NCBI GenBank assembly: GCA_027460535.1
Contig: JAPZAR010000008.1
Location: forward strand, 49,320 to 81,319
Length of the DNA: 32,000 nt
DNA from: Candidatus Methanoperedens sp.
GTDB lineage: Archaea > Halobacteriota > Methanosarcinia > Methanosarcinales > Methanoperedenaceae
Reading direction: 5' to 3'
The notes beneath the pieces were generated by a model that did not search any database, had not been told where the DNA came from, and worked only from the letters and a program-made list of their open reading frames with translations. A program made the translations under genes and the position numbers. Within the stretch, counting starts at the first letter, position 1, and each line of letters begins with the position of its first letter. This document shows positions 26,636 through 32,000 of this stretch, piece by piece.

Positions 26636-27124
26636 TTATTTCTCTATTTCTTCACGTTTCAGAATCCTCACGTTATCACCGCGGACCGTCACAGGGATGG
26701 GCACCATCGCCTCGAACAGCTCGACGGTGATCTCTTCATGAGCTTCATCTATCCTTTTTACTCTTGCCTTTTCACCCTTGAAAGGACCGGATACAAGCTC
26801 CACTATACTGCCCTCTGTGATACCCGTGACCGTGAGTTTGGGCGTCAGAAAGTGCTCGACCTCGGCAAAATTGGACTGACCTTTCACCAGCGTGCGCGCG
26901 TGCGGCAGCGTCTGAATGACCTGTTCAACGACCTCTGGTCCTGCAGCCTCGACGAGTATGTATCCTTTTAATTCATCGGGCGCCAGGATCGCGCGAATAT
27001 CAAGATGCTCTTTTTTTGCCACTTTCTCGATCAGGTTGGCCACTGCCCTTTCCTGGTTCGCCGTTGTCTTGACCACATAAATGGGAGCAGATTCCTCTTT
27101 CACCTCATCGTTCATTTGAACCAT
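26636..27124 (-). CDS. spt5: Transcription elongation factor Spt5 (archaeal NusG)
   Basis: NGN domain ([18 protein letters not shown]...KGYILVEA) plus KOW ([22 protein letters not shown]). The alternative start ATG 27115 forms an ATGA overlap with the secE stop. Confidence 0.93.
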   Translation of the reverse strand: MVQMNDEVKEESAPIYVVKTTANQERAVANLIEKVAKKEHLDIRAILAPDELKGYILVEAAGPEVVEQVIQTLPHARTLVKGQSNFAEVEHFLTPKLTVTGITEGSIVELVSGPFKGEKARVKRIDEAHEEITVELFEAMVPIPVTVRGDNVRILKREEIEK

Positions 27125-27312
27125 CCTGGCATCACTGTTATCAATATGTATATGATAAAACCGATGAATCCGATCAACAGTATCCCGGCACCCGCTACTT
27201 TTGCGATGACGCTGAATTCTTCCCTTGAAGGTTTCCTTGTCAATTTCAGAATCCTGATGTATTCACTGAGCCTCAGGGGCACATTTCCTGGCAATTCTTT
27301 ATTTTCTAGCAA
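27112..27312 (-). CDS. secE: Protein translocase subunit SecE (Sec61-gamma)
   Basis: 66 aa with a TTG start. [41 protein letters not shown] is the conserved SecE amphipathic segment plus single TM. It holds the canonical position upstream of spt5-rpl11. Confidence 0.85.
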   Translation of the reverse strand: MLENKELPGNVPLRLSEYIRILKLTRKPSREEFSVIAKVAGAGILLIGFIGFIIYILITVMPGWFK

Positions 27313-27335
27313 TATATTTCACGTCCATCACTTAT

Positions 27336-27349
27336 GATAATAATAAAAG
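27336..27349 (-). promoter_or_regulatory. Candidate TATA box for the secE-spt5-rpl11 operon
   Basis: The minus strand reads CTTTTATTATTATC ending about 23 nt upstream of the secE TTG. No transcript data are available. Confidence 0.25.
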
Positions 27350-27494
27350 CTATCCTAAAATAATAGCAGCCTTCAATTATGCTCAACATAAAAATAGTTT
27401 TCTATTATACGTTGATGTTTTGGCAGGATGTGATTATTTACCCATCCAATATCTATTAGTAGTACCAGAGTTATTTTGATGAACGGTGGTAATA

Positions 27495-28283
27495 ATGAAA
27501 GTATTAATTGGCATATTAACTATTGTAGCCATTCTGACATCAGGATGCGTATCGACTGTCAATCCCGTTGATCCGGCGGACGTCATTTCAAGCCCGGCTC
27601 CATTTACGATCAAGGAGTTCCAGGAACAAGACATTTCTGTTGCCATAAGTAACAATGGCACTGGACCCATTGACTCTGTTAAAGTGGCCTCATTTGATCC
27701 TCTTACAGTGGTCTCAACCGGGATACTGAATATCCCTGCAAGGACAAAAGAGGGGCCATCCTGGGCATCGATCAGCTTGAAGGTCCAGGCACCCAGCTTC
27801 AAGACCGATGTCAGTAACACGGCAATGACCCTATCATATGCGTCTGGCAAAAATGATAAGGGTGAACCCATAATAAAAACAAAATCAATTCCTGTGCAAG
27901 TCACAGTGCTTCCAGATGCTGGACTGCAATTCGTTGGATTTGTGAAAGGACCTCAGAACAGATCGGAAGCTGAAGTTACTTCCTGGGAGATCGGCAAAGG
28001 CCAGAACGCCACAATAACTTTCTCGGTAAAGAATAATGGAAAGACGACCATAGATAAGAATACCCTTACAGTGCTTGTCGATATCGATAACAAGGAAATA
28101 GGTTCCAACAAGACACTTACCATCCAGGAGGGAATGGCAAAAGGAGGCACGTCCTATACCGAGGCAGTTGTACTCCCGGTGTTCAAAGATGCACCCAATG
28201 GTGAAACCGATGTGCTGGTTAAACTTCTGATGGGCGACAACGTCCTGGATATGAAAACCATACATCTCAAGGTAAGACTCTAA
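27495..28283 (+). CDS. Secreted lipobox protein with two beta-sandwich (CARDB/LEA_2-like) modules
   Basis: MKVLIGILTIVAILTSGC is a signal plus lipobox. Segments such as ISVAISNNGTGPIDSVKV and ATITFSVKNNGKTTIDKNTLTVLVDID fit CARDB-like strand patterns. I prefer ATG 27495 (GGTGG 5 nt upstream) over GTG 27486. Confidence 0.7.
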   Translation: MKVLIGILTIVAILTSGCVSTVNPVDPADVISSPAPFTIKEFQEQDISVAISNNGTGPIDSVKVASFDPLTVVSTGILNIPARTKEGPSWASISLKVQAPSFKTDVSNTAMTLSYASGKNDKGEPIIKTKSIPVQVTVLPDAGLQFVGFVKGPQNRSEAEVTSWEIGKGQNATITFSVKNNGKTTIDKNTLTVLVDIDNKEIGSNKTLTIQEGMAKGGTSYTEAVVLPVFKDAPNGETDVLVKLLMGDNVLDMKTIHLKVRL

Positions 28284-28289
28284 GATAAA

Positions 28290-29198
28290 ATGAGGACAAA
28301 ATCCTTATTTTTAATTTTTCTTCTGGGCAGCCTTGTATTTTTTAGCGGCTGCCTCAGGGAATATAACAATGTAGAGGTAACTTCCGTAGATATAATGTCC
28401 TCACCTCAGGATAAGGGGGCAATACTCACTGTAACGCCATATATCCAGAATAACCAGAACAGCGATACAGGCATATTGACACTGCAGGTAAAGATAAGAG
28501 AACCATCAAGCAATCTCATGGTAGCAGAGAAGGATTCGGATATAGGCTACATCAAAGGTAAATCTGGCTCCTCCAGCAGCGTGACCATGACCGTCTCCAA
28601 TGCGGGCGAATACGGTGTTGAAGTCCTGGTACTTGAAGGCGGCAAGACCATAGCCCAGAGCTACTCTTCAGTACTCGTGAAGCCAAAACCAGGACCCGGG
28701 GAGCCTGCGGATATAAAGCTGACCGACATGAACCTTGTTGTTACAAAGATCTATAACGATGCCTCAGGCGCGCTTGTAGATGTTTCCCCTGGAATATACA
28801 ACCAGGGCGGGGATTCGAAACCACTCACTGTTGAAGTGACCGCACGAGTTGATGCCTACACCGCTTATACAAAGACCGATGATATAGGCATCATTAAAGG
28901 CGCCAGCAGAGTAAGGGGAAAAGTGACTTTTGATATCCCAAGGAACAGGGAATACACATTTTCTGTAAGTGTGACCGAGAGCGGAAAAAACGTTGTTGGA
29001 GGGACAGTACCTGATAAAATAAAACTCAGCGAAGTAAAATTCAACACGCCCATGACTTATGTACTCGTCGAAGAAGGAAAACCAGTAGCTGCTGCTGCAA
29101 CGGCGACATCCAGACCAAAGGAACCGGGATTTGAGATAACAATGGCAATGATAGGTATATTGATTGTGTATGGCATCTGTCATAGAATAAGAAGGTGA
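28290..29198 (+). CDS. Surface protein with an internal tandem duplication, an N-terminal lipobox-like signal and a PGF-CTERM anchor
   Basis: MRTKSLFLIFLLGSLVFFSGC signal. Two repeats of about 110 aa are visible (VEVTSVDI...PYIQNNQNSD..LTLQV...DSDIGYIKGKS...VEVLVLEGGK versus IKLTDMNL...PGIYNQGGDSKPLTVEV...TDDIGIIKGAS...FSVSVTESGK). The C-terminus is PKEPGFEITMAMIGILIVYGICHRIRR. Confidence 0.75.
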   Translation: MRTKSLFLIFLLGSLVFFSGCLREYNNVEVTSVDIMSSPQDKGAILTVTPYIQNNQNSDTGILTLQVKIREPSSNLMVAEKDSDIGYIKGKSGSSSSVTMTVSNAGEYGVEVLVLEGGKTIAQSYSSVLVKPKPGPGEPADIKLTDMNLVVTKIYNDASGALVDVSPGIYNQGGDSKPLTVEVTARVDAYTAYTKTDDIGIIKGASRVRGKVTFDIPRNREYTFSVSVTESGKNVVGGTVPDKIKLSEVKFNTPMTYVLVEEGKPVAAAATATSRPKEPGFEITMAMIGILIVYGICHRIRR

Positions 29199-29204
29199 AA
29201 TAGC

Positions 29205-29456
29205 ATGAACGATGAACCGAATATTGAAGAGACAAAAAAGAATGAAGACAATTCTTTCAAGAAACTCATTAATGTAGCTGTAGTAATAATGCTGGTCGGG
29301 CTGATATTCATCGCACTTTTCACTTTCTTTTTCAGCATGCAGGATGCAATTTCTGCCCTTTTCGACCCCCAGTACGTGCCGCTCATCAAGGCCATCTTCA
29401 GCCTTGTGATCATAGGTGTCGGGGTATATCTCGTAAAAATGTTTTTGTCCAAGTAA
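29205..29456 (+). CDS. Small membrane protein (2 predicted TM helices)
   Basis: 83 aa with an acidic N-terminus and two hydrophobic stretches (VAVVIMLVGLIFIALFTFFF; IKAIFSLVIIGVGVYLVKMF). 6-nt gap to the upstream gene. Confidence 0.5.
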   Translation: MNDEPNIEETKKNEDNSFKKLINVAVVIMLVGLIFIALFTFFFSMQDAISALFDPQYVPLIKAIFSLVIIGVGVYLVKMFLSK

Positions 29457-29478
29457 CTCCTAGGCTGGTAGAGGCACA

Positions 29479-29973
29479 ATGATCCTCACGGAACTCCTGC
29501 TGGCGCATAAAAAGAAATTCAGGCAGAAGCTGATCGAAGCGCTTGCAAAAAAATACTCTTTGGGCACTCGGGAAATGGAAGAGGAGCATGAAGAGTTCAT
29601 CGAGCAGTACGTTGCAGATAAATATGAGCCTGTGGAACAGCTTATCGAAAGGATAAATGTAATGGAGCGCCCGGTCATCCTCAATATCCGGCGTTCCAGA
29701 AGCAGGGAGGATAAATGCAAGCTCTGCGAGGCGAACCAGCTCAACATCGATGAGCTGGAGAAAAAATACGGGGACAGCATAGAGGTCGTCGAGGTCACGG
29801 AAGACATGCCCGACGGTGCGGCGCTTTATCTCATAATTTTTCACGAAGAGGCAAAAGAAAAAAAACTGCCGTTAACAGCGGTGGTTAATAAAGGAGATAT
29901 ATTGAAGTTCTGGGCAGGAAAGAGCGTGGAACCAGCGGTGTATGAGATGTATATCAAGAAGATTTTATCGTGA
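29479..29973 (+). CDS. Thioredoxin-fold protein with a CxxC (CKLC) motif and an N-terminal helical extension
   Basis: 164 aa. PVILNIRRS...CKLC...IDELEKKYGDSIEVVEV...KLPLTAVVNKGDILKFWAGK follows the beta-CxxC-alpha...cis-Pro-like LP...beta order of small thioredoxin/glutaredoxin-like proteins. GAGG lies upstream of the ATG. Confidence 0.5.
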   Translation: MILTELLLAHKKKFRQKLIEALAKKYSLGTREMEEEHEEFIEQYVADKYEPVEQLIERINVMERPVILNIRRSRSREDKCKLCEANQLNIDELEKKYGDSIEVVEVTEDMPDGAALYLIIFHEEAKEKKLPLTAVVNKGDILKFWAGKSVEPAVYEMYIKKILS

Positions 29974-30118
29974 AATGAATATAGTTAATTTCTGAAATAA
30001 TAATATAAATATTTATAGATATTTTTAAGAAGAAGGTCGCCGAAATTGAAAAGACGTTTGGCGTAACAATTAGAGATATTCCTACGAAGTCAAGCAAGAG
30101 ACTAAAGTTATTTTTGTT

Positions 30119-30448
30119 TTAAATCTCTAGCACCTTCGGTAGTTTTTGATTTACCTCTTGTCTTAGCTCTTTCTCAAGTTCACCAAGCTCACCCACAATT
30201 AAGTCTTTCAGCACAGTTGCAATTTTATCTAACTTTATGACTGATTCTACTTTCAATCCTGACTTTCCAAAACCAGGTGATTTCTTTGCTATTAAAACAT
30301 CTACTTCAGAAAGTTCAGATGGGACTTTTGATGATATGAAAGCCAAGATTACATCTTTTTCGCCTTCGTAAATCACTAAAGCCGGTCTTAGCTTTGCAGC
30401 AGTTAAGTCTGTAAATGGAAAAGGTACAAGGACTATTTTCCCCTTCAT
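30119..30448 (-). CDS. mazF: Type II toxin, PemK/MazF family endoribonuclease
   Basis: 109 aa. MKGKIVLVPFPFTDLTAAKLRPALVI...ILAFISSKVP...GLKVESVIKLDKIATVLKDLIVGELG is the MazF/PemK SH3-like pattern. Confidence 0.85.
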   Translation of the reverse strand: MKGKIVLVPFPFTDLTAAKLRPALVIYEGEKDVILAFISSKVPSELSEVDVLIAKKSPGFGKSGLKVESVIKLDKIATVLKDLIVGELGELEKELRQEVNQKLPKVLEI

Positions 30449-30645
30449 TGATATCTGGCCTTTAAATCCGTTATTTTGTAGATATCAGGCTCTTCCTCAA
30501 TAAAACAGGATAGCGATTTTTCGGAGAGCTTCATCATCGCAGTAATCTCTTTTTCATGTAATAGCTCGTCTAACTTTTCTGAGATTTCGATTACATGGCG
30601 CTTTATATCCGTAACTTCAGCTTCCAGGTTCATCATATAATTCAT
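30445..30645 (-). CDS. Putative cognate antitoxin of MazF (unrecognised fold)
   Basis: 66 aa, acidic and helical. Its ATGA 4-nt overlap with mazF and its position upstream of the toxin are the canonical type II arrangement. No AbrB/RHH/MazE motif was recognised. Confidence 0.6.
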   Translation of the reverse strand: MNYMMNLEAEVTDIKRHVIEISEKLDELLHEKEITAMMKLSEKSLSCFIEEEPDIYKITDLKARYQ

Positions 30646-30698
30646 AATAGGTTTAATGAGATTTTAAACTATGCATTTGCAGTGTGGCGTTTTTCGAC

Positions 30699-30757
30699 CA
30701 CAGAAGCACACAGAGAGCACAGAGTTGTAATAATTCTCTGTGTCCTCTGTGCCCTGG
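30699..30757. repeat. Imperfect hairpin built from CACAGAG heptads
   Basis: The left arm is CACAGAA-GCA-CACAGAG-AG-CACAGAG (30699-30724), the loop is TTGTAATAATT, and the right arm is CTCTGTG-TC-CTCTGTG-CCCTGG (30736-30757). Two 7-bp perfect stems are separated by a 2x2 internal loop. Confidence 0.85.
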
Positions 30758-30758
30758 T

Positions 30759-30814
30759 ATGAAAAAGTCCGTTACCGATGCTTTTTCATGTTCATTTATG
30801 AACCGCAGTTCATA
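30759..30814. repeat. Two further adjacent hairpins, the second with alternative pairing
   Basis: ATGAAAAAG (30759-30767) pairs with CTTTTTCAT (30781-30789), 9 bp with a 13-nt loop. TATGAAC (30797-30803) pairs with GTTCATA (30808-30814), 7 bp with a 4-nt loop. An extra upstream GTTCAT (30790-30795) can pair with the same ATGAAC. Confidence 0.7.
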
Positions 30815-30949
30815 GCCGACTCTGTGGTTTTTTAAACCTGAATCTCTTAAAAAACTTGAAGCTATAAGAAAAGAGGGGACGGTTTCAAGCGCAGAATTTG
30901 AAAAGAAGTTTTGTGTGTTAGAGTTTGAGATTATTTTGAAAAAACCTTC

Positions 30950-31891
30950 TTACAACTGAATTAATTCTAGATATGTAATCGAATTCCATTCTACTGCCTT
31001 TATAGTCGCTCCACCATAATTATCCAAAATAATCAAATTCTCATCGAATATATTCAATACCTTACCTCTTAGTTCTGTGGAATTTGTTATAATACGAACA
31101 TAAGGAAAATACACCTGATATTTTGAATTTAATAGATTCTTTGATTGGCTCAAAAAATATTTATGGTTATCTATTGAAATAATTATAGCTCCGGCTAAGA
31201 ATATAATTGAATAATATAAAAATAGAAAGTCGTAATATAAAACTTGGGTAATAGATATGTGCGGGTATATATTAAGTTCATGATTTTCCATCTTTGCATC
31301 GAATTCATCGAATCTACCATCGCTTATCGTAAGATTAGCTACAGTTCTATCATCGTTAAGTCTGAGTAAAATTGAGTTATTTTCAGTCAATACTCTGATA
31401 GTCTTACCATCATCAATTTTTGTAATATTTTCTGTTTCAACCCCTTTAATGTTATAATTTTGCTTTAGAAAATATTTTAATGCTTCAGTGTGATTATTAT
31501 TTCCTGGAACATCATTCCAGTTAAACAAATTCTGATGAGCTGCCTGCTGATATAATATAACAGGGAATGCAATAAAAGTAAAGATAGTACTAATAATAAT
31601 AAACCAATTCATAAATATAATCCAAAACGCAATTCTTTCAGACTTTTTTAATAACGTTGCGTCTTTTTTTCTTTTTTCTATACAAAATCTAATAACAATA
31701 GTAAAGACAAAAGCCAATCCCATAATTAAAATTGACCAATAAAGATTAAAAATCCACAATAGAATTATGGATAGGGTCATTGCAATTATTGCACCTGAAA
31801 TTAATGCTATCCATCCATTTTTAGGAGATTTGATTTCTTTGTATTTTGTTAAACATTTTTCGGCACAGTAAAATAATCCAGTTATGGCCAA
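30950..31891 (-). CDS. Uncharacterised multi-pass membrane protein with a C-terminal Sm-like/beta-barrel-like tail
   Basis: 313 codons with a TTG start in sequence of about 28% GC. It has 4-5 hydrophobic helices and a roughly 100-aa loop (NWNDVPGNNNHTEALKYFLKQNYNIKG...). The C-terminal VRIITNSTELRGKVLNIFDENLIILDNYGGATIKAVEWNSITYLELI resembles an Sm1/Sm2 pattern. No family recognised. Confidence 0.55.
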   Translation of the reverse strand: MAITGLFYCAEKCLTKYKEIKSPKNGWIALISGAIIAMTLSIILLWIFNLYWSILIMGLAFVFTIVIRFCIEKRKKDATLLKKSERIAFWIIFMNWFIIISTIFTFIAFPVILYQQAAHQNLFNWNDVPGNNNHTEALKYFLKQNYNIKGVETENITKIDDGKTIRVLTENNSILLRLNDDRTVANLTISDGRFDEFDAKMENHELNIYPHISITQVLYYDFLFLYYSIIFLAGAIIISIDNHKYFLSQSKNLLNSKYQVYFPYVRIITNSTELRGKVLNIFDENLIILDNYGGATIKAVEWNSITYLELIQL

Positions 31892-32000
31892 AAAGTAATA
31901 TCATCACAATAAATACTTATTTATTCTTTAATGTAATGATATTACCTGCGCTTGACCATGGTAACAATATCTTCTACACTTAAAAATATATCTGAAATCC

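Noticed and set aside
26159-26971. 270-aa plus-strand ORF, together with many other long ORFs in the track (96-455, 521-805, 3314-3961, 8868-9401, 13965-14393, 14117-14689, 14771-15202, 15317-15727, 15939-16481, 19430-19771, 19959-20351, 25428-25808, 27434-27904, 27885-28265, 28764-29183, 29410-29844).
   Set aside because: Each lies antisense to, or out of frame within, a gene with strong family signatures (rpl11/spt5, uvrA, uvrC, trxB, transaldolase and others). Their translations are low-complexity or Ser/Pro/Arg-rich with no motifs. They are shadow ORFs.
30009-30122. Plus-strand open frame ...KKKVAEIEKTFGVTIRDIPTKSSKRLKLFLF* downstream of the Trx-like gene.
   Set aside because: It has no ATG/GTG/TTG start in a plausible position and overlaps the mazF stop. 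It is probably a gene relic or chance frame in AT-rich DNA.
30816-30959. Plus-strand open frame PTLWFFKPESLKKLEAIRKEGTVSSAEFEKKFCVLEFEIILKKPSYN* in the hairpin-rich spacer, which looks like the C-terminus of a small antitoxin-like protein.
   Set aside because: No start codon follows the upstream TAG. It may be a degraded gene fragment and is not reported as a feature.
31942-32000. Minus-strand coding tail ...ISDIFLSVEDIVTMVKRR* at the window edge.
   Set aside because: Only 19 codons are visible, so neither coding status nor function can be supported.
1-32000. Scan for CRISPR arrays, tRNA/rRNA genes, transposases, integrases, and long direct or inverted terminal repeats flanking the two low-GC islands.
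   Set aside because: I saw no regularly spaced repeats, no cloverleaf-like GC-rich segment of 70-90 nt in any intergenic gap, no DDE/tyrosine-recombinase-like ORF, and no convincing target-site duplication. This was done by eye only, so short or degenerate elements could have been missed.

Overview
Archaeal chromosomal window, probably from a Methanosarcinales-like euryarchaeon. That assignment is inferred from PGF-CTERM/PGF-pre-PGF surface proteins, a secE-spt5-rpl11 cluster, a DUF104-type antitoxin and bacterial-type uvrA/uvrC. All functional calls rest on by-eye motif recognition in the supplied translations; no database search or computation was run. Layout: (i) 1-13.5 kb holds a tightly coupled plus-strand surface-glycan operon of about 12 kb. 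It encodes a Gfo/Idh/MocA oxidoreductase, an atypical nucleotide-sugar dehydrogenase, an SDR, a SIS isomerase, a transaldolase, a GmhB-like phosphatase, 2 GT4 glycosyltransferases, 3 SAM methyltransferases, a sugar nucleotidyltransferase, RmlB and an epimerase, with a convergent Wzx-type flippase. (ii) 13.8-20.7 kb holds uvrA, a 1.3-kb low-GC insert with three orphan genes (a K/E-rich protein, a PD-(D/E)xK-like protein, a lone DUF104 antitoxin), then uvrC and trxB. (iii) 20.7-26.0 kb holds a minus-strand pair: a small lipoprotein plus a 1592-aa thermolysin-type metalloprotease with a PGF-CTERM anchor. (iv) 26.1-27.3 kb holds secE-spt5-rpl11. (v) 27.5-30.0 kb holds two tandem lipobox surface proteins, a small membrane protein and a CxxC thioredoxin-fold protein. 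(vi) 30.0-32.0 kb is an AT-rich island with a MazF toxin-antitoxin pair, a hairpin-rich 304-bp spacer and an uncharacterised multi-TM protein. I saw no rRNA, tRNA, CRISPR array, transposase or integrase. The best candidates for something undescribed are the low-GC insert splitting uvrA and uvrC, and the AT-rich terminal island. Neither can be assigned a function from sequence alone.
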